From Burkholderiaceae bacterium (GTDB lineage Bacteria; Pseudomonadota; Gammaproteobacteria; Burkholderiales; Burkholderiaceae_C), in NCBI GenBank assembly GCA_036568605.1, contig DATCSE010000038.1:1-51549 (forward strand): a DNA stretch of 51,549 nt, read 5' to 3'. Within the stretch, counting starts at the first letter, position 1. Every line of letters starts with the position of its first letter. The position numbers and the translations under genes are program-made. The notes beneath the pieces were generated by a model. It worked only from the letters and a program-made list of their open reading frames with translations. It searched no databases and was not told the DNA's origin. Below are positions 32,325-42,120 of the stretch, in pieces.

Positions 32325-33509
32325 ATGCTGATCAACTTCTTCTTCACGCTGCGCGCCGCCAAGCTCAAGGTCTCGGTCAAGGAGTACCTGATGCTGCTCG
32401 AGGCGATCAAGTCCGGCGTCATCGACGACGAGGGCGGCCCCAGTGTCGACAAGTTCTACTACCTCGCCCGCACCTCGCTCGTGAAGGACGAGGCGAACTA
32501 CGACAAGTTCGACCGCGCGTTCGCCGCGTACTTCAAAGGCGTCGAGCTGCTGACCGACTTCACGCAGGACATCCCGCTCGAGTGGCTGCAGAAGAAGCTC
32601 GAGCTCGAGCTCAGCCCCGAGGAGAAGGCCGCGATCGAGAAGATGGGCTGGGACGAGCTGATGGAGACGCTGAAGAAGCGCTTCGAGGAGCAGAAGGAGC
32701 GCCACGAAGGCGGCAACCGCATGATAGGCACCGGCGGCACCAGCCCGTTCGGCGCCTACGGCTACAACCCCCAGGGCATCCGCATCGGCCAGGACAAGGG
32801 CCGCAACAAGAGCGCCGTGAAGGTCTGGGACCAGCGCGCCTACAAGGACTACGACGACACGCTGGAGCTCGGCACACGCAACATCAAGGTCGCGCTGCGC
32901 CGGTTGCGCCGCTTCGCACGCGAGGGCTCGGACCTCGAGCTGGATCTCGACGACACGATCCACAGCACCGCGGCGAACGCCGGACTGCTGGACATCAAGA
33001 TGATCCCCGAGCGGCACAACAAGGTGAAGGTGCTGCTGCTGATGGACGTGGGTGGCACGATGGACGAGCACATCCATCGCGTCGAGGAACTGTTCAGTGC
33101 GGCCAAGTCCGAGTTCAAGCACCTCGAGTTCTATTACTTCCACAACTGCGTCTACGACTTCATGTGGAAGAACAACCGGCGCCGCTACAGCGAGAAGTTC
33201 CCGACCTGGGACGTGATCCGCAAGTACAACAAGGACTACAAGCTGATCTTCGTCGGCGACGCGACGATGAGCCCGTACGAGATCCTGCAGCCCGGCGGCA
33301 GCGTCGAATACAACAACGAGGAGCCGGGTGCCGAGTGGCTCGGCCGGCTGACCCACGCGTTTCCGAAGTTCGCATGGATCAACCCGGAGCCGCAAGGCGT
33401 TTGGGGTTATCGGCAGAGCATTGCGGTGATCCAGCAGCTGATGAACCAGCGCATGTTCCCGCTGACCCTCGCCGGGCTCGAAGGAGCGATGCGCCTGCTG
33501 AGCAAATGA
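32325..33509 (+). CDS. VWA-domain protein, CoxE-like (expected partner of a MoxR ATPase)
   Basis: MLINFFFTLRAAKLKVSVKEYLMLLEA... N-terminus. The later segment VLLLMDVGGTMDEH looks like a MIDAS-like DxGGT motif, followed by ...KLIFVGDATMSPYE. Confidence 0.85.
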   Translation: MLINFFFTLRAAKLKVSVKEYLMLLEAIKSGVIDDEGGPSVDKFYYLARTSLVKDEANYDKFDRAFAAYFKGVELLTDFTQDIPLEWLQKKLELELSPEEKAAIEKMGWDELMETLKKRFEEQKERHEGGNRMIGTGGTSPFGAYGYNPQGIRIGQDKGRNKSAVKVWDQRAYKDYDDTLELGTRNIKVALRRLRRFAREGSDLELDLDDTIHSTAANAGLLDIKMIPERHNKVKVLLLMDVGGTMDEHIHRVEELFSAAKSEFKHLEFYYFHNCVYDFMWKNNRRRYSEKFPTWDVIRKYNKDYKLIFVGDATMSPYEILQPGGSVEYNNEEPGAEWLGRLTHAFPKFAWINPEPQGVWGYRQSIAVIQQLMNQRMFPLTLAGLEGAMRLLSK

Positions 33510-35443
33510 TCGCAGCGCGCGCCGTCACGGCGCGCGTCCGTGCGAGCTGCGCCGCGATGGCCCACGTCCGTGCGTTCCGTGCCGCGACGCTGCTGCTGTC
33601 GACTCTGCTGCTGGCCGGCTGCGGCAGTCTCTCGGCCCTGCTGTCGGGCTCCGACGACGGCAAGCAAAAGGCCGACAGCGCAGCCAGCGCCGCCTCCGAA
33701 CCCGCGATCAACACCGACCGCGCCGACTACCGCATCGAGGTGCAGGCGCCGGACGAGCTGCGTCGCCTGCTGCTGAACTACCTGGACCTCGCGCGCTTCC
33801 AGGATGCGCCGGCGACCGAGCGCATCACCGGCGCCGAGCTCGCGCGTCTGGAGCGCGGCGCGCCCGCGCAGGCGCGCGGCCTGCTCGAGACCGAGGGTTA
33901 TTTCAACGCCGACGTGGCGATCACGCGCGAGAACGGCCCGAACGGGCTGCCGCTGCTGCGCGTGCGGGTCGATCCGGGGCCGCGCACGACGATCGCCGCG
34001 TTCACGATCGAGGCCGATTCCGGCGGCAGCGTCGCCGATGCCGCCGAGCTCGAAGCCTTGCGGGCCCAGTGGGCCATGCCGCCGGGTACGCCGTTTCGCC
34101 AATCGCTGTGGGCCAGTGCCAAGAACGCGACGCTCGCGCGGCTGCGCGCCGACGGCTATGCGGCCGCGAACTGGCGCGACACGGCAGCCACCGTCGACGC
34201 CGCGCACAACACCGCGACGCTCGCGCTGGTCGCCGAGACCGGGCCGCGCTACCGGCTCGGCGAGTTGCGCATCGAGGGCCTGAGCCGATACCAGGCCGAC
34301 ACGGTGCGGCGCCTCGCGACCTTCGAGCCCGGCGAGGCGTACACCGAGAAGCAACTGCTCGACTTCCAGGAACGGCTGCAGAAGGTCGGTCTGTTCGAAG
34401 GCGCCTCGGTCGAGCTCGATCCGGCGGTCGAGACGCACGACGCGGCACCGGTGCTGGTGCGGGTCAAGGAGCTGCCGCTGCAGCAGGCGACGATCGGCAT
34501 CGGCTACAGCGCGAACACGGGGCCACGCGTCTCGCTCGAGCACTACCACCGAAGGCTGTTCCGCTTCGGGGGCGACGACTGGGTCGCGAAGAACAAGTTC
34601 GAGCTCGGCCCGTCACTGAAGTCATGGGAAGGCCAACTCACGTCGCACCCGCTGCCCGACCTGTACCGCAACCTGATCGCCGGCACCGCGTCTCGGCTGC
34701 GCACCGACGATCAGATCCAGTCCTCGTGGTCGGCGCGCGTCGGCCGCACGCAGGACTCGCCGCGCTTCGAGCGCCTGTACTACGCGGAGTTGAGCCACGC
34801 ACGGGTCGACAGCGACACGGTGGTCAGCAGCGCCGAAGCGGTGACCGCGAACTACCAGTGGATACGCCGCGACCTCGACAACGTGCTGCTGCCCACGCGC
34901 GGCAACTCGTTGTCGCTGCAAGGCGCGGTCGGCTACGGCCGCGGCACGCAGACCACGGGCGGCGTCACCGAGGAGGGCCGCGGCCCGTTCACGCGCGTCT
35001 ACGCCCGCTACACCTGGTACCGCCCGTTCGGCAAGGACTGGTACGCGACGCTGCGTGCCGAAGCCGGCGAGGTCTTCGCGAAGCAGGTGCTGGGCGTGCC
35101 CGACACCTTGCTGTTCCGCGCCGGCGGCGACAACTCGGTGCGCGGCTACGGCTACCGCACGCTGGGGCCGGAAGTGAACGGTGCCGTCACCAGCGGCCGC
35201 ACGCTGCTGACCGGCAGCGCCGAGATTGCACGGCCGATCTCGCCGAAATACCCGGCGTTCTGGTGGGCGGCGTTCGTCGATGCCGGCAATGCCGCGGACC
35301 GGTGGCGCGATCTGCACCCGGTGTTCGGCTACGGCGTCGGACTGCGCTGGCGCAGCCCGGTCGGGCCGCTGCGCGTGGACTTTGCATATGGCGAGGCCGT
35401 GCGGCAGTTTCGCGTGCACCTGAGTGTCGGCATCGCGTTCTGA
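33506..35443 (+). CDS. tamA: TamA-like Omp85-family outer-membrane protein (translocation and assembly module subunit A)
   Basis: POTRA-like repeats followed by a C-terminal beta-barrel (...LFRAGGDNSVRGYGYRTLGP....G.....GS.E...P......W.AFVDAGNA......GYGVGLRWRSPVGPLRVDFAYG). ATGA overlap with the VWA gene. An alternative start at ATG 33557 gives a cleaner signal peptide. Confidence 0.85.
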   Translation: MIAARAVTARVRASCAAMAHVRAFRAATLLLSTLLLAGCGSLSALLSGSDDGKQKADSAASAASEPAINTDRADYRIEVQAPDELRRLLLNYLDLARFQDAPATERITGAELARLERGAPAQARGLLETEGYFNADVAITRENGPNGLPLLRVRVDPGPRTTIAAFTIEADSGGSVADAAELEALRAQWAMPPGTPFRQSLWASAKNATLARLRADGYAAANWRDTAATVDAAHNTATLALVAETGPRYRLGELRIEGLSRYQADTVRRLATFEPGEAYTEKQLLDFQERLQKVGLFEGASVELDPAVETHDAAPVLVRVKELPLQQATIGIGYSANTGPRVSLEHYHRRLFRFGGDDWVAKNKFELGPSLKSWEGQLTSHPLPDLYRNLIAGTASRLRTDDQIQSSWSARVGRTQDSPRFERLYYAELSHARVDSDTVVSSAEAVTANYQWIRRDLDNVLLPTRGNSLSLQGAVGYGRGTQTTGGVTEEGRGPFTRVYARYTWYRPFGKDWYATLRAEAGEVFAKQVLGVPDTLLFRAGGDNSVRGYGYRTLGPEVNGAVTSGRTLLTGSAEIARPISPKYPAFWWAAFVDAGNAADRWRDLHPVFGYGVGLRWRSPVGPLRVDFAYGEAVRQFRVHLSVGIAF

Positions 35444-35444
35444 T

Positions 35445-38400
35445 ATGGCCCCCCCCGTAGCGCCTTCGGCGCTCCCCCCAGGGGGCGCCCCCAGTGGACC
35501 GGCGAAGCCGGATCCACGGCGTCCGCTTGGCCTGCTGCGGTGGATCGGTATCTTGCTATGCGTCGTCGCCTTCCTCATGGCGATCGCGGCTGGCGGCGCA
35601 TGGTGGGCGCTGCGGACGGAACCGGGCACGGCGCGCGTGCTCGCGCTGCTGCCCGGTGTCGAAGTCGAGACGCCGAAAGGATCGCTGCTGGGCGACTTCG
35701 AAGCGCGCCGCCTCGCGATCCGATTGCCGGCCAGCCAGGATCGCATCGAGATCGCCGAACTGGTGTCGCGCGGCTTGCGCATCGAGCGCGCGAGCGGCCC
35801 GGCCTGGCTGCGCATCGTCAGCGACGAACTGCGGGCGCGGCGCGTCGACGTCAAGCTCGCGCCGGGTCCGGCGAAGAGCGAGCCACTGCAGCCGCCCCGC
35901 GACCTCGCGCCGCCGGTCGAGCTGGACCTGCGCGCGCTGCGCGTCGGCGAGCTGTTCGTCAGTTCGTTGGGCACGACGCCCTTGCGCGAGCTGCAGGCGC
36001 ATGTGCAGCTCGGCGCGCAAGCGGGCGGCCTGCACCGCGTCGACAACCTGCGCGTCGCCTGGGATCGCCTGCAGCTCGAAGGCCGCGCGCAGATCGCGAG
36101 CCGCGCACCGCTCGCACTCGAAGTGCAAGTCGCGGCCCGGCAAGACGCCGAACAGGCCCGTGCACTGGGCCTGCCGGCCTGGAACGCGCAGGCGACGCTG
36201 GCCGGCCCGCTCACCGAGCCCGCGTTGCAGGCGACGCTGCGCGCCAACGCCCAGCCTGGGCGCGAAGCCCAGTCGCTGGACGCACGCGCGACGCTGCACC
36301 CATTCGCCGCCTGGCCGCTCGGCGAGCTGCGCGCAACGCTGCACGCGTTGGACCTGGCCGCGTTCGCGAGCGCCGCGCCGAGCACCGCGCTGAGCGGCGA
36401 CGCGAGCGCCGCCAGCCGCGGCGTCGACCAGCCCGCGAACCTCAAGCTGACGCTCGCGAACGCGCTGCCCGGACGCTGGAACGAGGCGCGGCTGCCGCTG
36501 GCGAGCATCGCGCTCGAGCTCGCCGCGGTGCCGAACGATCCGAGCACGCTGGAGCTGACGACCTTCGACGCGCAACTGGCAAGCGCCGATCCCGGCGCAG
36601 CCGCTACGCCCGCATCGGTCGCGGGTCCGGCCGGCCGCATCACCGGCCGCGGCCGCTGGACCCGCGAGCGCTGGAACCTCGACGCGGTGCTCACCGAGCT
36701 GCAACCGAGCCGGCTCGACGCACGCGCCCCGGCGATGCAGTTGAGCGGCCCGCTGCGCCTGAGCGGCAGCGGCTTCGGCGGCGGTCCGTCGCAGCTGCCG
36801 ACCCTCGACGTGCAAACCGAGCTGCAAGGCCGGCTCGCCGACCGCGGCCCGGCACGCGCGGCAGTACTGAAGCTGGACGGCAGCGCGAACGAACGCCGCC
36901 TCGAGCTGCGCAGCGCCGAGGCCTCGGCCGGCGCGGCCCGCGCGACGCTGAGCGGCAGCGCCGAGCGCGGCACCGCGGCCGATGCGCCGTGGGCCGTGAA
37001 GGCGAACGCAAGACTCGTCGACTTCGATCCCGCGCCGTGGTGGCCCGGTTGGGCCGACTCGCCGGCGCGGCGCCGCACGACCAGCCGGCTCAACGCGACC
37101 GCGCAGGTCGACCTGCAGGTCCCGTCCACCGCCGCACCAGGGCCCGCGGCAGCGCCGTGGCTCGCCACGCTGCGCGGCCAGGCCGACATCGTGATCGCGA
37201 ACGGCAGCCTGCTCGCCGGCGTGCCGCTGGCCGGCGAGACGCATCTGAAGAACAGCGACGGCACGCAGCTCGTTGCCGCACTGAAGCTGGACGCCGGCGG
37301 CAACGCACTGCGTGTTGACGGCCGTTTCGCCACGCGCGGCACCGGCGCGAACGACGCCTGGACCGTGCAGCTCGATGGCCCGGCCCTGGACCGCCTGGCC
37401 CCGCTGCTCGCGCTGGCGCAACCGGCCGGTGCCGACGCGCGGCTCGCCGGCCGGCTGAACGTCAACGCGCAGATCGCCGGCCGCTGGCCATCCGTGACGA
37501 CACAGGGGCAGCTCGCCGCCAGCGGCCTGCGCGTCGGAACGGCGCGCCTCGACAACGCCCAAGGGCAATGGCAGGCCGGCAGCGCCGCCGATGCGCCGCT
37601 GACCGCGCAGCTGGCCGTGAGCCAGCTCGCGCTGGTGGCCGCGGACGGCGCGCCGGGGCCGTCGCTCGAGTCCGCGCAGTTGCAGCTGAAGGGCAGCGCC
37701 CGGGCGCACACGCTGGAGCTGCGCGCCCAATCGAAGGCGTTGCCGCCGGCCTGGACCGACTCGCTGCAGAGTGCTGCACCGCCCGGTACGGCCGGCGCCA
37801 CGACCGCCGCCACGACCGCCGGCACGGCGCGCACGCAGGCGCTGCTGCAGGCCCACGGCGGCCTGCTGAGCCGCAGCGCGGCCGCCGGTGCCGTGCCGAC
37901 CGGCTGGGGCGGCGCGGTCGATCGCGTCGAGCTGCGCAGCACCGGCTACGCGCCGATGCTGCAGGCGCAGAACGTCGCGTTCGAGATCGGCTGGGGCCCC
38001 AGCGGTCCGGCGCGTGCGCTGGTGCAGCCGGGCCGCGCCGAGATCCTCGGCGGCGCGCTGCGCTGGAGCCGCATCGCGTGGCAAGGCAGCGCAAGCCCCG
38101 GCGCGCCGGCGCAGATCGACGCCGATGCCGAGCTCGAGCCCATGCGCATCGCCCCGCTGCTGGCGCGCGCGCAACCCGACTTCGGCTGGGGCGGCGACCT
38201 GACCGTCGCCGGCACGCTGGCCGTGCACAGCGCGCCCAGCTTCAAGGCCGACGTCGTGATCGAACGCCGCAGCGGCGATCTCACGGTGACCGAAGAGCTG
38301 GGCACGCAGGCGCTGGGCCTGACCGATCTGCGCCTGGGGCTGGCCGCAAGCGACGGCGTCTGGAGCTTCACGCAGGCGCTGGCCGGCAAGACGCTGGGCG

Positions 38401-39773
38401 TCGCAGCGGGTGCGATCGTCGCGCGCACGACACCGCAAGCCACTTGGCCCGGCGCCGACACGCCGATCGAAGGCGTGCTCGAACTGCAGGTCGCGAGCCT
38501 GGGCACCTGGGGTCCGTGGGTGCCCCCGGGCTGGCGGCTCGATGGCCGGGTGCACGCCAGCGCCAGCATCGGCGGGCGCTTCGGCGCGCCGCAGTACACG
38601 GGGCAGGTGCTGGGCTCGCAGATCTCGGTGCGCAATTTCCTGCAAGGCGTGGACGTGCATGACGGCGATGTCGCGATCCGCCTGCAAGGCGAAAGCGCGC
38701 GCATCGAGCGCTTCACCGCGAAGGCCGGCAACGGCAGCGTCAAGCTCGACGGCGATGCGGAACTCGGCGAGGCGCCGAAGGCCACGCTGCGGCTGATCGC
38801 CGAGCGGTTCCAGCTGCTCGGCCGGGTCGACCGGCGCATCGTCGCGAGCGGCCAGGCGCAGCTGCGGCTGGACCGCCAGGCGCTCGCGCTGGACGGCAAG
38901 TTCGATGTCGACGAAGGCCTGATCGACTTCACGCGCAGCGATGCGCCGACCCTGGCCAGCGACGTGCAGGTGATACGCCCGGGGCAGGCGCCCTCGCCGG
39001 CCGCCGCGGCATCGGCGGCGGCCTCGCCCCGCGGCGCCGCGCCGGTCGTGGCGCCGCCGACCAGCCGCGACGTCGCGCTCGACCTGCGCGTGGGCCTGGG
39101 CGAGAAACTGCGCGTGCGCGGCCGCGGCCTGGACACCGGGCTGCGCGGCGAGCTGCACATCACGTCGCCGGGCGGGCGCCTCGCGGTCAACGGCACGGTG
39201 CAGGCGGTCGACGGCACCTATGCGGCATACAGCCAGAAGCTGGCGATAGACCGCGGCCAGATCACGTTCAACGGCCCGGTCGACACGCCGCGGCTGGACA
39301 TCGAGGCGACGCGGCCGAACCTGGACGTGCGCGTCGGCGTCGCGATCAGCGGCACGCCGATCAACCCGCGCGTGCGGCTGTTCTCCGAGCCCGAGATGTC
39401 GGAGATCGACAAGCTGAGCTGGCTCGTGATGGGCCGCGCGAGCGACGGCCTGGGCCGCACCGACACCGCGCTGCTGCAGCGCGCCGCGCTCGCCTTGTTG
39501 GCCGGCGAAGGTGGCGGCCCCACCGATCAGCTGACCAAGGCGATCGGCCTGGACGAGCTGTCGGTGCGCCAGAGCGACGGCGAGGTCCGCGAGACCGTGA
39601 TCTCGCTGGGCAAGCAGCTCTCGCGGCGCTGGTACGTGGGCTACGAGCGCGGCCTGAACGCGACCGCCGGCAACTGGCAGCTGATCTACCGACTCGCCCG
39701 GCGCTTCACGCTGCGCGCGCAGTCGGGCCAGGACAATTCGCTGGACGTGATCTGGACCTGGCGCTGGCAGTGA
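35445..39773 (+). CDS. tamB: TamB (translocation and assembly module subunit B, DUF490/AsmA-like)
   Basis: About 1440 aa with an N-terminal TM anchor (LLRWIGILLCVVAFLMAIAAGGAWWAL). Conserved C-terminal DUF490-type segment ...RPNLDVRVGVAISGTPINPRVRLFSEPEMSEIDKLSWLVMGR...LSVRQS....ETVISLGKQLSRRWYVGYE. ATG is 1 nt after the tamA stop. Confidence 0.9.
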   Translation: MAPPVAPSALPPGGAPSGPAKPDPRRPLGLLRWIGILLCVVAFLMAIAAGGAWWALRTEPGTARVLALLPGVEVETPKGSLLGDFEARRLAIRLPASQDRIEIAELVSRGLRIERASGPAWLRIVSDELRARRVDVKLAPGPAKSEPLQPPRDLAPPVELDLRALRVGELFVSSLGTTPLRELQAHVQLGAQAGGLHRVDNLRVAWDRLQLEGRAQIASRAPLALEVQVAARQDAEQARALGLPAWNAQATLAGPLTEPALQATLRANAQPGREAQSLDARATLHPFAAWPLGELRATLHALDLAAFASAAPSTALSGDASAASRGVDQPANLKLTLANALPGRWNEARLPLASIALELAAVPNDPSTLELTTFDAQLASADPGAAATPASVAGPAGRITGRGRWTRERWNLDAVLTELQPSRLDARAPAMQLSGPLRLSGSGFGGGPSQLPTLDVQTELQGRLADRGPARAAVLKLDGSANERRLELRSAEASAGAARATLSGSAERGTAADAPWAVKANARLVDFDPAPWWPGWADSPARRRTTSRLNATAQVDLQVPSTAAPGPAAAPWLATLRGQADIVIANGSLLAGVPLAGETHLKNSDGTQLVAALKLDAGGNALRVDGRFATRGTGANDAWTVQLDGPALDRLAPLLALAQPAGADARLAGRLNVNAQIAGRWPSVTTQGQLAASGLRVGTARLDNAQGQWQAGSAADAPLTAQLAVSQLALVAADGAPGPSLESAQLQLKGSARAHTLELRAQSKALPPAWTDSLQSAAPPGTAGATTAATTAGTARTQALLQAHGGLLSRSAAAGAVPTGWGGAVDRVELRSTGYAPMLQAQNVAFEIGWGPSGPARALVQPGRAEILGGALRWSRIAWQGSASPGAPAQIDADAELEPMRIAPLLARAQPDFGWGGDLTVAGTLAVHSAPSFKADVVIERRSGDLTVTEELGTQALGLTDLRLGLAASDGVWSFTQALAGKTLGVAAGAIVARTTPQATWPGADTPIEGVLELQVASLGTWGPWVPPGWRLDGRVHASASIGGRFGAPQYTGQVLGSQISVRNFLQGVDVHDGDVAIRLQGESARIERFTAKAGNGSVKLDGDAELGEAPKATLRLIAERFQLLGRVDRRIVASGQAQLRLDRQALALDGKFDVDEGLIDFTRSDAPTLASDVQVIRPGQAPSPAAAASAAASPRGAAPVVAPPTSRDVALDLRVGLGEKLRVRGRGLDTGLRGELHITSPGGRLAVNGTVQAVDGTYAAYSQKLAIDRGQITFNGPVDTPRLDIEATRPNLDVRVGVAISGTPINPRVRLFSEPEMSEIDKLSWLVMGRASDGLGRTDTALLQRAALALLAGEGGGPTDQLTKAIGLDELSVRQSDGEVRETVISLGKQLSRRWYVGYERGLNATAGNWQLIYRLARRFTLRAQSGQDNSLDVIWTWRWQ

Positions 39774-39830
39774 GGCCACCGCCGCGCGGGCCCGGCGCGT
39801 GCCCGCCCCATGCGAGAATCCGCGCCGCTT

Positions 39831-39905
39831 CCCGCCGTAGTTCAATGGATAGAACGGCCGCCTCCTAAGCGGCAAATACAGGTTCGATTCCTGTCGGAGG
39901 GACCA
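39831..39905 (+). tRNA. tRNA-Arg (anticodon CCT)
   Basis: Manual cloverleaf: acceptor CCCGCCG / CGGAGGG; D-arm GTTC-AATGGATA-GAAC; anticodon arm GCCGC-CTCCTAA-GCGGC; T-arm ACAGG-TTCGATT-CCTGT; discriminator A and an encoded CCA. There is one G4:A69 mismatch in the acceptor stem. Confidence 0.85.
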
Positions 39906-40000
39906 GCGAGACGGCTCTGCAGCTCGCCGATTCCCAGTCCCAAATTCCCCATTCTCCGAGGCTCGCGGCGGTCACACCCGCACACGCAGCCTGCGATCGC

Positions 40001-40029
40001 TTGACATGCAGGTATTTGCCTGCATATTA
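40001..40029 (+). promoter_or_regulatory. Sigma-70 promoter with embedded ArsR-type operator
   Basis: TTGACA(40001-40006)-N17-ATATTA(40024-40029). The inverted repeat ATGCAGG(40006-40012)-N6-CCTGCAT(40019-40025) occupies the spacer, 24 nt upstream of the ArsR-family gene. Confidence 0.65.
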
Positions 40030-40052
40030 TCCCTCACGCACCCACACGACGG

Positions 40053-40367
40053 ATGGACGCTGACAAGGTATTCAAGGCGCTGGCCGACCCGACACGCAGA
40101 AAGCTGCTCGATTTGCTGTGCGAGCAGAACGGGCAGACGCTGGGCCAGCTCTGCGAGCACCTGGACATGGCGCGGCAATCGGCCACGCAGCACATCGGGA
40201 TCCTCGAGGCGGCGAACCTGGTCAGCACGGTCCGGCGCGGCCGGGAGAAGCTGCATTTCATCAACCCGGTGCCGCTGCATGAGGTCTACGAGCGGTGGGT
40301 GCGCAAGTTCGAACGGCAGCGACTCAGCCTGCTGCATGACCTGAAGAAGGAACTCGAAGGAGAGTGA
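40053..40367 (+). CDS. ArsR/SmtB-family transcriptional regulator
   Basis: VFKALADPTRRKLLDLL....GQTLGQLCEHLDM.RQS.TQHIGILEAANLV is a winged-HTH of ArsR type. Confidence 0.9.
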   Translation: MDADKVFKALADPTRRKLLDLLCEQNGQTLGQLCEHLDMARQSATQHIGILEAANLVSTVRRGREKLHFINPVPLHEVYERWVRKFERQRLSLLHDLKKELEGE

Positions 40368-40369
40368 CG

Positions 40370-40834
40370 ATGAGCCAACAGAAGACCAGCTTCGTCTACG
40401 TGACCTACATCCGCTCGACGCCGGAGAAGGTCTTCGAGGCGATCACGAAACCGGAGATCGCGCGCCGTTACTGGGGCCACGAGAACGTCTCGGACTGGAA
40501 GCCGGGATCGAGCTGGCAACACGTGCGCGCCGACGAGCAGCGTACGGTCCAGGTGGTCGGCGAGGTGGTCGAGGTCCAGCCGCCCACGCGCCTGGTCATC
40601 ACGTGGGCGAGCCCTTCGCAGGCCGACGACCCGGCCAGCGTCAGCCGCGTGAGCTTCGACGTCGAGCCGTACGAGGAGATGGTGCGGCTGACCGTCACCC
40701 ACGACGAACTGGAGGCCGGCAGCGGGATGGCCAAGGGCATTCAGCGCGGCTGGCCTATCGTCCTTTCCAGCCTGAAGTCGCTGCTGGAAACGGGCCAGGG
40801 CATCGATGTCTTCGCGGTGCCGAAGGCGGCTTGA
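40370..40834 (+). CDS. SRPBCC-superfamily protein (AHSA1/START-like), usual partner of ArsR regulators
   Basis: F.Y..YIRSTPEKVFEAIT.PE...RYW.........W..GS.W.........V.GEV.E..PP.RLV.TW... Confidence 0.8.
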   Translation: MSQQKTSFVYVTYIRSTPEKVFEAITKPEIARRYWGHENVSDWKPGSSWQHVRADEQRTVQVVGEVVEVQPPTRLVITWASPSQADDPASVSRVSFDVEPYEEMVRLTVTHDELEAGSGMAKGIQRGWPIVLSSLKSLLETGQGIDVFAVPKAA

Positions 40835-40850
40835 ACCGGGAGTCGTTCTG

Positions 40851-41267
40851 ATGACCCAGCCCTACACCGGCGGATGCGCGTGCGGCGCGATCCGCTACGC
40901 CACCCGGCACGCCCCCATCTTCCAAAACCACTGCCAGTGCCGCGATTGCCAGCGGCGCAGCGGCACCGGGCATGGGTCCTGGCTGACCTTTCCGGCGCGA
41001 GCCGAGATGGCAATCACCGGTGAGGCGACGCATTGGGAGGTCGCCAGCGACAGCGGCAACGTGAAGATCCACGCCTTCTGCCCGGTTTGCGGGACGCCGG
41101 TCTACCTGCGCTTCGCCGCGATGCCGGAGCTGATCGCCGTCCCCGCGGCCAGCCTGGACGAGCCGAGCCGCTTCGCGCCGCAGGTGCTCACCTACAGCGT
41201 CCGTGCGCTGGCATGGGACGCCATCGACCCATCATTGCAGACCTTCGAGCGTATGCCGTCCGTCTGA
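40851..41267 (+). CDS. GFA-family (glutathione-dependent formaldehyde-activating / CENP-V-like) zinc protein
   Basis: GGCACGAIRY......CQCRDCQRRSGTGH......FCPVCGTPV are the characteristic Cys clusters. Confidence 0.85.
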   Translation: MTQPYTGGCACGAIRYATRHAPIFQNHCQCRDCQRRSGTGHGSWLTFPARAEMAITGEATHWEVASDSGNVKIHAFCPVCGTPVYLRFAAMPELIAVPAASLDEPSRFAPQVLTYSVRALAWDAIDPSLQTFERMPSV

Positions 41268-41402
41268 CCTGCGCCGCGGCCTGGTTTGGCGAGGGCCGGT
41301 CGGGTGCAGCGTGGGCGTGTCGAAATCGGCCGGCCTCGCTCGTCGTGGAGATGAGACGACGACCGCCGTCCATGCCCCATCTCCCAACCCAGGAGTCCTC
41401 CC

Positions 41403-42071
41403 ATGAGAAAGCTCATCGCCACCACCATGGTCTCCCTCGACGGCGTCCTGCAGGCGCCGGGCGGCCCCGACGAAGATCCCACCGGCGGATTCGCCTTCGG
41501 CGGCTGGTCGTTTCCCTACTGGGACGACGCCCCGGGCCGCGACATGAGGGGCCTGGACGGCAAGGACCGCGAGCTCCTGCTCGGCCGCAGGACCTACGAG
41601 ATCTTCGAGGCCTACTGGCCGTACCAGCCGGCCGACAGCCCGATTGCGAAGACGCTCAACGCGGCGCGCAAGCACGTGGCCTCGCGCACGCTGAAGTCGG
41701 TCGGCTGGAACAACTCGACGCTGCTGGGCGGCGACGTCGTCGCGGCGGTCGCCGCGCTCAAGCTCGAGGACGGGCTCGATCTGCAGATCATCGGCAGCGG
41801 CAACCTGATCCAGACGTTACAGGCAGCATCGCTGATCGACGAGTACAACGTATGGACCTTCCCGATCGTGCTCGGGCGCGGCAAGCGGCTGTTCGAAGCC
41901 GGGGCCAAGGGCGGCGCGCTGCGGCTCGTCGCGACGCAGACCTCGGCCACCGGTGTCGTGATGAGCACGTACGTGCCGGCCGGCGAGATCCCGTCCGGAT
42001 CGTTCGTGCAGGGCGAGCCTGGCGCGAAGGAACTCGAGAGGCGCGCGAAGCTGGCCCGCGAGACGGGTTGA
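41403..42071 (+). CDS. Dihydrofolate-reductase-family protein (RibD C-terminal domain-like)
   Basis: MRKLIATTMVSLDGVLQAPGGPDED..GGF..GGW..PY.D........LLLGRRTYEIF..YWP... Confidence 0.8.
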   Translation: MRKLIATTMVSLDGVLQAPGGPDEDPTGGFAFGGWSFPYWDDAPGRDMRGLDGKDRELLLGRRTYEIFEAYWPYQPADSPIAKTLNAARKHVASRTLKSVGWNNSTLLGGDVVAAVAALKLEDGLDLQIIGSGNLIQTLQAASLIDEYNVWTFPIVLGRGKRLFEAGAKGGALRLVATQTSATGVVMSTYVPAGEIPSGSFVQGEPGAKELERRAKLARETG

Positions 42072-42120
42072 CGGCGTGCCCGTGTCGCGCGCTTCGCCTC
42101 TCGATGGAGTACAAGCTCAC

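Noticed and set aside
33411-33418. A perfect GCCGATAA on the minus strand, inside the VWA gene.
   Set aside because: The position 15 nt upstream reads TGGA rather than TAAA/TCAA. The site is intragenic and no minus-strand gene lies downstream.
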